Origin: Atribacterota bacterium | Lineage (GTDB): Bacteria; Atribacterota; Phoenicimicrobiia; Phoenicimicrobiales; Stramentimicrobiaceae | Assembly: GCA_040767965.1 (NCBI GenBank) | Contig: JAXGNR010000004.1 | Location: 64,001-128,000, forward strand | DNA length: 64,000 nucleotides | Direction: 5' to 3' | Part shown: positions 10,757 to 21,088 of the stretch, one piece after another | How positions within the stretch are numbered: position 1 is the first letter of the stretch | Layout of the letters: each line of letters starts with the position of its first letter | The notes under the pieces: generated by a model | The model's input: only the letters and a program-made list of their open reading frames with translations | The model's database searches: none | What the model was told of the DNA's origin: nothing | Position numbers and translations under genes: made by a program

Positions 10757-11473
10757 ATGCAACATAAAAAAGTAAAAATAGCAGCTGATATTTTTCAAAA
10801 ATATCCTAATTTTACCAGAGGAATAATTTTTGTAAAAGATATCCAAAATAAGGAAAGAGATAAAAGAATAAAAAAACCTTTAAATAAGGTTATTGAGCAA
10901 TTAAATACTCAGCAGAGTGTTATTAAAGATCATTCATTTTTAAAATCCTGGGATGAAGCACATCGTGTTTTCGGGTCTGACCCGGTAAAATATCCTCCTT
11001 CCATCAATGCTCTTTTAGCTAGAATAGAAAGAGGAGGAGGATTCCCTTTTATAAATTCAGTGGTGGCTTTGTTTAATCTTATTTCATTAAAATATCTTAT
11101 ACCTTGCGGCGGAGATGATTTAGCAAAAATTGAAGGAAATTTGTGTTTGGATTTTGCCAGAGGAAATGAAATTTTTACCAGCTTAGGCAGTACTGAGATT
11201 GAAAATCCAAACCCGGGCGAAGTTATTTATTATGATGATAAAAGCAATCAGATAATGTGCAGAAGATGGAATTGGCGAAATGCAGAATTTTCAAAAATTT
11301 CTATTGATTCTAAAAATATAGTTATAAACATCGATGGGATTGGAGATGTCCCCCAAAGCACTGTTATTAAAGCAAGAGATGAACTTGCTAACTTGCTGCA
11401 AATCCACTGTCAGGCAATACTGGAGACAGAAATTATTACCAAAAATGTATTAGAGATTTCTCTTCCAGCTTAA
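10757..11473 (+). CDS. B3/B4 domain protein (stand-alone PheRS-beta-like editing domain)
   Basis: YPPSINALLAR, FINSVVALFN, GGDDL, CRRWNWR. Confidence 0.85.
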   Translation: MQHKKVKIAADIFQKYPNFTRGIIFVKDIQNKERDKRIKKPLNKVIEQLNTQQSVIKDHSFLKSWDEAHRVFGSDPVKYPPSINALLARIERGGGFPFINSVVALFNLISLKYLIPCGGDDLAKIEGNLCLDFARGNEIFTSLGSTEIENPNPGEVIYYDDKSNQIMCRRWNWRNAEFSKISIDSKNIVINIDGIGDVPQSTVIKARDELANLLQIHCQAILETEIITKNVLEISLPA

Positions 11474-11585
11474 AAAATACAATTTAGAAAAGTGCATTGA
11501 GAAAAATGAATAAATATTACGAAAAATGGATATTTGACACTAGCAGTATAATAATTATAGAAGAATAGAAATTACAAAAGAAGAG

Positions 11586-14192
11586 GTGGGGAAAATGATG
11601 CAATTTGATAAATTTACTGTAAAAGCTCAGGAAGCAATTGGGCAAGCACAGCAGCTGGCTATACGGTATAATAATCAAGAAATAAAAGCTGAGCATTTGA
11701 TGCTGGCTTTAATCTATCAAAAAGAAGGAATAGTTTCTTCAGTTTTAAGTAAATTAGAGTTTAATATAGTTGAATTAGAAGAATATTTAGAAAAAAGAAT
11801 CAAGCAATTACCCAGCGTATCAGGTGGGGGTGCAAATCAATATATTGGCAATGATTTAAATATTGTTTTTAACAACGCATCTCAGGAAGCTGTCAAAATG
11901 AAAGATGAGTATGTTAGCACTGAGCACTTATTGTTAGCACTTATTGATCTGGAAGAGAGTTCATTTTTTAAGTACTTTAAAGACCATGGGATAAACAGAG
12001 ATAATATTTATCGTTCATTGATGAATATCAGAGGTAATCAAAGAATAACTGATCAGAATCCTGAAGAAAAATATCAGGCTTTAGAAAAGTACTCACGTGA
12101 CTTAACCCAATTAGCAAGGCAGGGTAAATTGGATCCAGTGATTGGTAGGGATGATGAAATCAGGAGAGTTATGCAGGTTTTATCAAGAAGAACCAAGAAT
12201 AACCCGGTTCTGATTGGTGAGCCTGGAGTTGGTAAAACTGCAATAGTGGAGGGATTATCGCGAAGGATTATAAGCGGAGATGTTCCTGAAGGTTTAAAAA
12301 ATAAAAGAGTAATTGCCCTGGATCTTAGTGCCTTGGTGGCAGGGGCAAAATTTAGAGGTGAATTCGAAGATCGTCTAAAGGCTGTTTTGAAAGAAGTTGA
12401 AAAATCTGAAGGATCTATTATTTTATTTATTGATGAGATGCACACTCTGGTAGGTGCAGGGGCAGCTGAGGGAGCAATGGATGCTTCTAATATGTTAAAA
12501 CCAGCTTTGGCAAGAGGAGAACTGCATTGTATCGGGGCAACAACTTTAAAAGAATATCGAAAATATATTGAAAAAGATGCTGCTCTGGAAAGAAGGTTCC
12601 AAATGGTATTAGTGAAAGAGCCTACGGTTGAAGATAGTGTTGCAATTTTAAGAGGACTAAAAGAACGATATGAAGTCCATCATGGAGTTAAAATAATGGA
12701 TTCTGCTTTAATAGCAGCAGCAACTTTATCTAATAGATATATCTCAGACCGTTTTTTGCCTGATAAGGCTATTGATCTGGTAGATGAAGCAGCTTCTGGA
12801 TTAAGAATGGAAATTGACAGTATGCCTATTGAAATTGATGAAATTGAAAGAAAAATAATGCAGCTGCAAATAGAAAAGCAGGCCTTAAAGAAAGACAATG
12901 ATGCTGTTGCTAAAGGGAAAATAAAGCAAATTGACCAAAATTTAAGTAACCTTACTGAGCAAAAAAATAGTTTAGTTTCCAGATGGAATAATGAAAAAGA
13001 AATTATTCAGGAGATAAACAAAAATAAGAGTGATTTAGAAAAAGCAAAAACAGAGGCTGAACAGGCTGAAAGAGAAGGAAATCTAAATCGTGCTGCTGAA
13101 ATTAAATATGGTAGAATACCTGAGCTGGAAAAGTATCTTCAAGAGAGTAACAACAAAATTGCCTCTTTACAAAAAAGTTCCAGGATGCTGAAAGAAGAGA
13201 TAACCGAAGAAGATATTGCTCAAGTTGTAGCAAAATGGACTAATATTCCGGTTGGGCGTTTAATGGAAGGAGAAACCGAAAAATTAATTCAGATGGAACA
13301 GGAATTAAAGAAAAGAGTAGTTGGCCAAGATGATGCTGTTACTTTAATTTCTAATGCAATCAGACGTTCCAGAGTCGGAATAGCTGATCCTGATAAACCG
13401 GTAGGTACTTTTATATTTATGGGTCCTACTGGAGTTGGTAAAACTGAGCTTGCCCGCAGTTTAGCTGAATTTTTATTCAATGATGAGAATGCATTAGTCC
13501 GTATAGATATGTCAGAGTATATGGAAAAACATAGTGTAGCCCGTTTAATTGGAGCTCCTCCGGGTTATGTCGGTTATGAAGAAGGTGGACAGTTAACTGA
13601 AATTGTTAGACGCAGGCCTTATTCAGTTATTCTTTTTGATGAAATAGAAAAAGCTCATAGTGATGTATTTAATATTCTGTTACAGATAATGGATAACGGA
13701 AGGTTAACAGACGGACAAGGAAGAGTTATCAACTTTAAAAATACTATCTTAATTATGACTTCCAATATCGGTAGTCAGTATATTTATCAAATGAATAATG
13801 AAAACAAAGAAGAGATAGTCAAACAGCTTGATCAGATTCTTAGAACAAACTTTAAACCAGAATTTTTAAATCGAATTGATGAAATAATTTCCTTTAACAG
13901 ATTAGAAAAAGAACAAATAATTCAAATTGTAGATATTCAGCTTAGAAATCTACAAAAACGCTTACAGGAAAAGGAAATAGAACTGGATGTTTCTATTGAG
14001 GTCAAAGAAGTAATTGCGAAGCGAGGATTTGATCCTCAGTATGGTGCAAGACCTTTAAAGAGGACTATTCAGAAATATATTCAGGATCCATTAGCATTAC
14101 AAATGTTAGAAGGAAAAATAAAAGAAAAAACAAAAATAAGGGTAAATTATGACAAAAATGAAGAAAATATTGTTTTTAAAAAAATTGAATAG
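11586..14192 (+). CDS. clpB: ATP-dependent chaperone ClpB
   Basis: Two AAA+ modules ([16 protein letters not shown]), long coiled-coil M domain, [15 protein letters not shown]. Confidence 0.98.
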   Translation: MGKMMQFDKFTVKAQEAIGQAQQLAIRYNNQEIKAEHLMLALIYQKEGIVSSVLSKLEFNIVELEEYLEKRIKQLPSVSGGGANQYIGNDLNIVFNNASQEAVKMKDEYVSTEHLLLALIDLEESSFFKYFKDHGINRDNIYRSLMNIRGNQRITDQNPEEKYQALEKYSRDLTQLARQGKLDPVIGRDDEIRRVMQVLSRRTKNNPVLIGEPGVGKTAIVEGLSRRIISGDVPEGLKNKRVIALDLSALVAGAKFRGEFEDRLKAVLKEVEKSEGSIILFIDEMHTLVGAGAAEGAMDASNMLKPALARGELHCIGATTLKEYRKYIEKDAALERRFQMVLVKEPTVEDSVAILRGLKERYEVHHGVKIMDSALIAAATLSNRYISDRFLPDKAIDLVDEAASGLRMEIDSMPIEIDEIERKIMQLQIEKQALKKDNDAVAKGKIKQIDQNLSNLTEQKNSLVSRWNNEKEIIQEINKNKSDLEKAKTEAEQAEREGNLNRAAEIKYGRIPELEKYLQESNNKIASLQKSSRMLKEEITEEDIAQVVAKWTNIPVGRLMEGETEKLIQMEQELKKRVVGQDDAVTLISNAIRRSRVGIADPDKPVGTFIFMGPTGVGKTELARSLAEFLFNDENALVRIDMSEYMEKHSVARLIGAPPGYVGYEEGGQLTEIVRRRPYSVILFDEIEKAHSDVFNILLQIMDNGRLTDGQGRVINFKNTILIMTSNIGSQYIYQMNNENKEEIVKQLDQILRTNFKPEFLNRIDEIISFNRLEKEQIIQIVDIQLRNLQKRLQEKEIELDVSIEVKEVIAKRGFDPQYGARPLKRTIQKYIQDPLALQMLEGKIKEKTKIRVNYDKNEENIVFKKIE

Positions 14193-14220
14193 CATTGATT
14201 AGGTGGTTAGTTTAAACATA

Positions 14221-14264
14221 GAAAGAGTGCTTTTGTTATTTTGTGATAACAAAAGCACTCTTTC
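14221..14264. terminator. Bidirectional terminator between convergent genes
   Basis: Perfect 19-bp inverted repeat gaaagagtgcttttgttat/ataacaaaagcactctttc. Confidence 0.88.
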
Positions 14265-14273
14265 TCTTTAATT

Positions 14274-15326
14274 TCAGATATAGTATATTTTAATTTGAGA
14301 TAATCCGGAGTCAATATTGATATGAAGCTGATATTCAGAATCAGAATAGTTATTGGAAATAAATGTATTATCTTCTAATTCCCTTAAATCTTTATCTAAA
14401 TCTTTCATACTTAATCCCGTATCAAGGCTAAGAGTTATCCCCACGTTTTTAGGAATAGCAATATCAATTTTTGAGACGCCGGAATTAATATTTATATTGC
14501 CATTATATTGTTGAGCGATTATCTTAATATCTGACGCCCCGCTTTTAACAGAAAATTGTTTGACTTTAAATTTAGATAAATCATAATCAATAGTAGTAGC
14601 ACCGGTTTCAATAAAGATATCATATGTAACATCTTTATTTAATTTTAAATCAATTTTATTTTTAGGGTTACGGAACTGTTTATTAGATGCTGAAAGTGGG
14701 TTATGATAGATATGAATACTGGCTTCTGAATCAGTAGTGGAATATTCTTCTACTGGCTTAAATTCCGGATAGCGATAAGTTGTCTGACACTGATACAGGT
14801 AAGGAGTAGGGAATTCAAGTTCAAAAACTGCTATATCATAGTTTATATGAATATTGGCTTTTTGAATCTTTGAAATTACTTCTGTTTCTTCCTGCTTAGA
14901 ACCTTCTGTCATTTCTATCATTGCTTCTTGCATTTCTTCTTCGGCAGTTGCACTTGATTCTGTCAATTCTTCCTCCGAAATACCCTCTCCAATATCTTCT
15001 GGTATAACTTCTTTTGAGACCATTACCATTTCAATTTCTCTTTGCAGCATTTCGGTCTCAGTAGTTATTTTTCCTTCCAAATGCAGTTCAACTCCCAGAT
15101 AACCAGCGCTTGCCCCTATTATAATACCAAATAATATTACCAAAGGAGCGAGCCAGGAAAGTCTTTTTCTGAAGATTAAGCTAATTCCTAAACTAATTAA
15201 TAGTAAAGGCCAGAGCCTGAAGATATTATACCAAACAGACCAATTTAAAATATTTAGATTATTCAGTAAAAGAATAATACCAACCAATGCTATAGCTAAA
15301 CCTTTTAATATTTGAGTTCCATTCAT
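14274..15326 (-). CDS. Membrane protein with LiaF/LiaI-like (DUF5668) N-terminal TM domain and beta-rich C-terminal domain
   Basis: GIILLLNNL...LWPLLLISLGI; C-terminal repeats such as IETGATTI, VKSGASDI, INSGVSKI; start moved to ATG 15326, which has SD agggag. Confidence 0.7.
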   Translation of the reverse strand: MNGTQILKGLAIALVGIILLLNNLNILNWSVWYNIFRLWPLLLISLGISLIFRKRLSWLAPLVILFGIIIGASAGYLGVELHLEGKITTETEMLQREIEMVMVSKEVIPEDIGEGISEEELTESSATAEEEMQEAMIEMTEGSKQEETEVISKIQKANIHINYDIAVFELEFPTPYLYQCQTTYRYPEFKPVEEYSTTDSEASIHIYHNPLSASNKQFRNPKNKIDLKLNKDVTYDIFIETGATTIDYDLSKFKVKQFSVKSGASDIKIIAQQYNGNININSGVSKIDIAIPKNVGITLSLDTGLSMKDLDKDLRELEDNTFISNNYSDSEYQLHINIDSGLSQIKIYYI

Positions 15327-15399
15327 TTTTTGATCTCCCTTCAAAAATTAATAAAAGAGATATAAATATTATTTAATTTCATAATAATTAAGGTGATCT

Positions 15400-16521
15400 T
15401 TATTTTGTTAATTTTGACCAGCTATTTGCAACCAATAAATCAATAAGTCTTTGTTGGCTGGATAAATATTCAGGATTAAGAGACAATGCTGTTTCAGCCT
15501 CTCTAAGGGCATTTTCATAATCCTGATTTCTGTAATATGTTAATCCTTTTTTATAATGAGCTTTTGCTAAAGTGTCCTGAGAAGTAGTTAAATCAATTGC
15601 TAACTCATAATGCTTGAAAGCCTCCGGGAGCTCACCTTTATTATAATAAGAATCTCCTATTTCCAGCAGGGCTTCTGCAAAACTGTCAAAAGTAAAGTTA
15701 TGTTTTCCAAGAGGGTAAATTTTTTGTGCTAAACTTTTTTCTAAAATAGCTTGATTATAATTACTATCCTTTAAAAAAATTTCTCCTTTATAAAAATAGG
15801 CCAGCGCAACTGATCTTTTATCATCTTCAAATTGTGTTGCCTGGTGGTAAGCCTGTTGAGCTTTTTCCAATTGATTATTTTCACGATAATAATTGCCTAA
15901 GTGGAGGTAACAATAAGCATTTTCTTCATAATCAGTTATTTTTTCCATAATCCCAGGGTGAATTTTCATATAGCCCATTTCTACAAATTTCTCATTAGCT
16001 TCAACTAGTTGATGATTATCAAGGTATAATTGACCCAATTCAGCGTTTATTTGTTGGTGGTTAGGTATTAATTCTATTGCTTTTTCATAATATTCTATGG
16101 CAATTTCTATTTCCATGAGCTCTTTGTGGATTAATCCTTTAATATAGTAAGCGTGAGCGAGGTTTTTTGCAGTTAATCCTTCTAATAGTTCCAGTGCTTT
16201 CTCAAATTTATTCATTTTATAGTAGGAAAAACAATTATTTATTTGGGCAATTTCATTAAAAGGATCAACATTTAAGGCTTTCTGATATTCTTCAATTGCA
16301 GGCATATAGAGTCCCTGCTGTAGAAAAAAATTGCCGATATTAATAAATGTATAAGCATCCGGAATAATGGTTTTTTCTTCTATAATGGACTGGAGTAAAT
16401 CTTCTAACTGATTGTTGCTTTCTGCGGAAACCGAGTTTGAAAAAAATATCAAAAAAAGAACGAGAAAGGCAAAGAGAAGGCTGTTTAGGCCATTTATTTT
16501 AATTTTTTTAAAGTAATTCAT
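15400..16521 (-). CDS. Exported tetratricopeptide-repeat protein
   Basis: Signal peptide ending SVSA; repeated TPR patterns (AIEEYQKAL, AYYIKG, AHYKKG); ATG 16521 with SD aggggg. Confidence 0.85.
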   Translation of the reverse strand: MNYFKKIKINGLNSLLFAFLVLFLIFFSNSVSAESNNQLEDLLQSIIEEKTIIPDAYTFINIGNFFLQQGLYMPAIEEYQKALNVDPFNEIAQINNCFSYYKMNKFEKALELLEGLTAKNLAHAYYIKGLIHKELMEIEIAIEYYEKAIELIPNHQQINAELGQLYLDNHQLVEANEKFVEMGYMKIHPGIMEKITDYEENAYCYLHLGNYYRENNQLEKAQQAYHQATQFEDDKRSVALAYFYKGEIFLKDSNYNQAILEKSLAQKIYPLGKHNFTFDSFAEALLEIGDSYYNKGELPEAFKHYELAIDLTTSQDTLAKAHYKKGLTYYRNQDYENALREAETALSLNPEYLSSQQRLIDLLVANSWSKLTK

Positions 16522-16655
16522 TGAATTCCCCCCTGAAAATAGTAAGGATAAATATATACACAAATAAAATCCAATTAAGAAAAATTTATTGTTAATATTG
16601 ATTTAAAAAATATTAAATATCCTGAAATGAAAAAATATAATCTATTATCAGAATA

Positions 16656-19130
16656 TTATTTTTTGCCAGTGCTTTCTTTCTTTTTATTTTGTTCTTTATT
16701 ATCATTTCCAAAGTCTTTTAGTTTTAAGGCTAATTCCATCAGCTTTTCATCAACCAGGTAATTAATAGTTCCTTTTTCAAATTTTCCCGCTTCGGTTCTT
16801 GCCCCTGCTTTTTTCAGAGTGAGTATTTCAATTCCTTCATCAATACTTTTTATCGGGTAAATGTGGAAAGTTTTGTTTTTTACTGCCTCAACTACATCTT
16901 CTCTTAGCATTAAATCTGGAATATTTGTTGCAGGAATAATAACTCCTTGTGTGCCTGTAAGCCCTTTAGTTTTGCAGACTTCAAAAAACCCTTCAATTTT
17001 TTGATTTACTCCTCCAATAGGTTGAATTTCTCCTTTTTGATTAATTGAACCTGTAACTGCAATATCCTGTCTTAAAGGTATATTCGCTATACTGGAAAGA
17101 AGGGCATAGGCTTCAGTGGAAGAAGCACTATCTCCGTCAACTCCAGAATATGATTGTTCAAAGCAAATGCTGGCACTCATGGTAAGAGGTTTGTCCTGGG
17201 CATACTTAGAACGCAAATATCCACTCAGGATTAGGATTCCTTTATTGTGAGTTTTCCCGCTTAAATCAGCTTCTCTTTCAATATTAATAATTCCGGATCT
17301 GCCCATAGATGTTTTTGCAGTAATTCTAGTTGGTTTCCCGAACATGTATTCTCCTAAATCATAAACAGAAAGGCCATTTACCTGTCCCACCACCGAACCT
17401 TCAGTATCAATCATAATGGTACCTTCTTCAATCATTTCTTGTATTTTATTTTCAATAAGGTTAAGCCTTTCAATCTTTTCTCTAATGGCAGAATTAACAT
17501 GTTTTTTCTGAATAGTATTTTGTTTATCTTTTTTAGCCCAATAATCTGCTTCTCTTAAAAGGTCAACCAAGTTATTGAAGCGAGTAGACAGCTTATTTTT
17601 TTTACCAGCCATTCTAACAGCATATTCAATAACTCCGGCTATCCCACTGGCATCAAAAGGCATAATATTTTCCCTTTCGCAGAGTTGTTTAATAAAACAA
17701 GCATACTGATATATGTTTTCCGGGTTGTTTTCAGTAACAACATCAAAATCTGCCTTTACTTTAAAAATTTTTTCAAAATCCTGATCTCTGAAATAGAGAA
17801 GTTGATAAATAAAACTATCTCCAATCATAATAACTTTTACATTGCATTCGATAGGTTCCGGTTTTAATGCTGATGTGCTGAACATGGGAAAGGGGTCATA
17901 TGTTTCAGGTTCAATCTTTTGATTGAGCAGAGTTCTTTTTAATGAAGGCCACACGCCTGGTTCAAGTAGCAAATCCAGTGCATTTACCACTAAAAATCCG
18001 CCATTTGCCCGTAACAGCGAACCGGCTTTTATTTTAGTAAAGTCAGTAATCCAGTGACCGGTTCGATCCATTCTTCTCTCTATCATGCCAAATAAGTTCT
18101 TATAAGAAGGGTGAGTTTCAATAATTACCGGTGAATCTTTTGTTTCAGAATTATCTACCAGCACATTAACCGAATATTCAGCAAGGGTGTCTTTCATTTG
18201 AGGTAATTTTAGACCAGGAATTGCTGATGCCTGTTCTTCTTTGGTTTGAAAACGGCCTATATTTTCCAGTACATTTTCTTTGACTTCATTTAAATAAGAG
18301 TCAATACTGGTAATTTTATATTTTTTCTTAATTTCATTAGTTTCTTCTTCAACTAAAGGTTTAATCATTTTATTTTCTAATTCATTTAATTTTTTGGATA
18401 AATCTTTTTGCAAAATATTAATTTTTTTTGATATTTGAGTAATTTCCTGCGTGAATTGTTTGTGTTTTTGTTTAATTTTTTCAAATTCTTCTTTTGTAAA
18501 TTTTCCTTCTTCAACCATTCCTTCCAGATTTTCCAGATTAACGGGTTTTTCGTCAATAATCGGTAAAATATCTGGTTTAGTATAAGGTCCAATTTGAATT
18601 TGCACAACTGTGAAGTTTTCCTTTTTAACTTTATCTTCAAACTCTTTAACAAGAGAATGCTGTTTGTTTTTAAAATTGTCTGTCAGGATATCTCTATTTT
18701 TTTGATATTTTTCACTTTCCAAAATCAAAGGGATATGTTTTTTTAGTGTATTTACTAAATTATCCATATCTTTCTTGAACTGCCTTCCTTCTCCGGCAGG
18801 AAGACTGATAGCTCTAGGCATGTCTGGGTCTTTAAAATTATGAACATAACATTTATCATCAAAAACAATATTTTCTCTTCTTCGTGTTTTTAACAATTTT
18901 TTAATGGTAGTACTTCGACCAGTTCCTGATTGTCCTGTTATGAAAAGGTTATAGCCTAAATATTCCATATCCAATCCTAATTCCAGCGCTTTAAGAGCCC
19001 TTGATTGTCCTAATATATCATCACAAGGGGCAAGATCGTTTGTTGAGGAAAAATCAACTTTTGTTAAATCACAATTCCAACGTAGTTGCTCTTCAGAGAG
19101 CTCTGGAAAGCTGTCTATTTTAATATTCAT
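16656..19130 (-). CDS. Lon-like protease (LonC/AAA_32 type, S16 domain)
   Basis: GQSRAL, GQSGTGRST, ANGGFL, GQVNGLSV, FEQSYSGVDGDSASS, IGGVNQKIEGFF. Confidence 0.93.
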   Translation of the reverse strand: MNIKIDSFPELSEEQLRWNCDLTKVDFSSTNDLAPCDDILGQSRALKALELGLDMEYLGYNLFITGQSGTGRSTTIKKLLKTRRRENIVFDDKCYVHNFKDPDMPRAISLPAGEGRQFKKDMDNLVNTLKKHIPLILESEKYQKNRDILTDNFKNKQHSLVKEFEDKVKKENFTVVQIQIGPYTKPDILPIIDEKPVNLENLEGMVEEGKFTKEEFEKIKQKHKQFTQEITQISKKINILQKDLSKKLNELENKMIKPLVEEETNEIKKKYKITSIDSYLNEVKENVLENIGRFQTKEEQASAIPGLKLPQMKDTLAEYSVNVLVDNSETKDSPVIIETHPSYKNLFGMIERRMDRTGHWITDFTKIKAGSLLRANGGFLVVNALDLLLEPGVWPSLKRTLLNQKIEPETYDPFPMFSTSALKPEPIECNVKVIMIGDSFIYQLLYFRDQDFEKIFKVKADFDVVTENNPENIYQYACFIKQLCERENIMPFDASGIAGVIEYAVRMAGKKNKLSTRFNNLVDLLREADYWAKKDKQNTIQKKHVNSAIREKIERLNLIENKIQEMIEEGTIMIDTEGSVVGQVNGLSVYDLGEYMFGKPTRITAKTSMGRSGIINIEREADLSGKTHNKGILILSGYLRSKYAQDKPLTMSASICFEQSYSGVDGDSASSTEAYALLSSIANIPLRQDIAVTGSINQKGEIQPIGGVNQKIEGFFEVCKTKGLTGTQGVIIPATNIPDLMLREDVVEAVKNKTFHIYPIKSIDEGIEILTLKKAGARTEAGKFEKGTINYLVDEKLMELALKLKDFGNDNKEQNKKKESTGKK

Positions 19131-19416
19131 ATTTACTCCTGATTCTTAATCTTAAAATATTTTTTATTTTTATTTATTTTATTTTAATCTGTTATATTAT
19201 GTATTTATAAATATGAAAAATAGTTTCTTTAATTATAACAGCATATTTTCTTTTTGTTAAGAAACTATATTTGAGAAAAAATTAGATTTTTTTATCAAAA
19301 TACTTCTATTTAAACATGAAATTATGATATATACTGATATAATATATTATAAGAAGTAACTGTATTAATAAAAAAACAATTAAATGTTTCTTTAAGGTAG
19401 AAAAACAGAGGAGGTA

Positions 19417-20979
19417 ATGATGTCAAAAAGCATTTCTGTTTTAATAATTATACTTTTTCTTGTGGTGGCTGGTTTTGCTTATTTGAACTATAATCGTTTA
19501 AGCCTTGTACAAAAAGAATTATCTGTAAAAGACCAATTAATAGAAGACTCAAAGGAGCTAATCAGCAAACAGGATTTTGCTATTGACCAATTAGAAGAAA
19601 GGATTAAAAAAGTAATTGAAGAAATTATAACTGCTGAAAGCAGTTTAAGACAAGAAAAAGAAGAACTAAACCAGGAAAGAATTACCTCTCTGCAGGATGA
19701 AATTAACCAGTACACAGTTAACATTCAGGAAGTAATTAATAAAATTAACGAAATGGAAACCAGGCTAAGTGAAGAAATTAGTCTCCGAAAACAATTAGAG
19801 CAGGAAATAATAAAATATGAGAATAATATTGCTAGACTGCAGGAAGAATCAACCCAGGAACAGAATCTTGAAATTCTTGAACAGAAAATAGCACAATTGC
19901 AAAGCAATAAAACAAATCTCCAGGAAGAAGTTCAGCAGAAAGACCTTCTTTTAAATATCATCAATCTAGAGCAGAAGTCTTTACGGGAACAATTGGCTAA
20001 CTATGAACAGCTGTTGCATGATTTACAAGGAGAAATGATGGTAGTAGAGAAGCATAAAATAGAGATGGAAGAGCTTCAATCCAGTTTAATACAATTGAAA
20101 GAAGAAAAAAATAAGTTAGAAGTTGTTTTGCATGATAGAGAAGATCAATTGTTATCCAGGGAACAGCAAAACAGACAAACTATCGACAAGCTCCAATTTG
20201 AAGTTCAGGAATATGAAAAAAGCTTAAAAGAGTTAGGTAGTGAGATGTTGTCTATAAAGCAGAATATAAGTGAAGTGAAAGATGATGCTATTTTGGAATC
20301 ACAGATTTCCCAATTAAAGCAAAATATAAAAGAACTTGGGGATATTCTGGCAGAAAAAGAAATTGAATGGGAAGAACAAAATCAAAGTAACAAGGAATTG
20401 ATTGCTACATTAAAAGTTCAACTAGAAAAATATAAAGAAGATATCCAACTTGTGAAATTTGATAGCAATTTATATAAAGATGATATTGCTGCTGAAATTC
20501 AGCTGCAACAGGAACGAATTGCCAGCTTGAATGATAAAGAAGGGCAGATTGCCAAGCTGGTTACTGAAATCGAAGGTTATGCCAGAAAAATTGAAGATTA
20601 TGAAAATAATATTGCCCAGCTCAAAGAAAAATTAGATTTTCAGCAGGAGTTAAGTTATCAGGGACAGCAAAAAATGTTAGATGAAATTATTTCTTTAATA
20701 GAAGAAAGAGATACCAGTCAAAACAATATTGATTTATTCAAAAAACATATTAATGAACTGCAAGCAGAGGTAGCTGAGTTAAAAACAAGAATACAAGGAA
20801 TGGAAATAAAGGAATTCTCAAAATACTATGAAGTAAAAAGCGGAGACAACTTATGGGTTATTGCAAAGGAAAAATATGATGATGGGGTTGCATGGACAAA
20901 GATCTTCAGTGCAAATAAGGAGCTAATTAAAAATCCTGATTTGATATATCCTTATCAACAACTGATAATTCCAGAATAA
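19417..20979 (+). CDS. Membrane-anchored long coiled-coil protein with C-terminal LysM domain
   Basis: N-terminal TM helix, about 440 aa of E/Q/K/L-rich heptads, LysM YEVKSGDNLWVIAK...NPDLIYPYQQLIIP. Confidence 0.88.
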   Translation: MMSKSISVLIIILFLVVAGFAYLNYNRLSLVQKELSVKDQLIEDSKELISKQDFAIDQLEERIKKVIEEIITAESSLRQEKEELNQERITSLQDEINQYTVNIQEVINKINEMETRLSEEISLRKQLEQEIIKYENNIARLQEESTQEQNLEILEQKIAQLQSNKTNLQEEVQQKDLLLNIINLEQKSLREQLANYEQLLHDLQGEMMVVEKHKIEMEELQSSLIQLKEEKNKLEVVLHDREDQLLSREQQNRQTIDKLQFEVQEYEKSLKELGSEMLSIKQNISEVKDDAILESQISQLKQNIKELGDILAEKEIEWEEQNQSNKELIATLKVQLEKYKEDIQLVKFDSNLYKDDIAAEIQLQQERIASLNDKEGQIAKLVTEIEGYARKIEDYENNIAQLKEKLDFQQELSYQGQQKMLDEIISLIEERDTSQNNIDLFKKHINELQAEVAELKTRIQGMEIKEFSKYYEVKSGDNLWVIAKEKYDDGVAWTKIFSANKELIKNPDLIYPYQQLIIPE

Positions 20980-20992
20980 TATATTATTATAA

Positions 20993-21042
20993 AAAAAAAC
21001 GGCATGACATCAAAATAAAAATTGATTCACTGCCGTTTTTTT
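20993..21042. terminator. Bidirectional terminator
   Basis: aaaaaaacggca...tgccgttttttt between convergent genes. Confidence 0.75.
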
Positions 21043-21088
21043 ATTTTCTGTGTAATTTATAAAATCTTATCAGGATATTTGTACTGGA

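Noticed and set aside
14224-14261. gagtgct...agcactc near clpB, resembling CIRCE
   Set aside because: The arms are in the opposite order to CIRCE, the spacing is wrong and it lies downstream of clpB; it is a bidirectional terminator.
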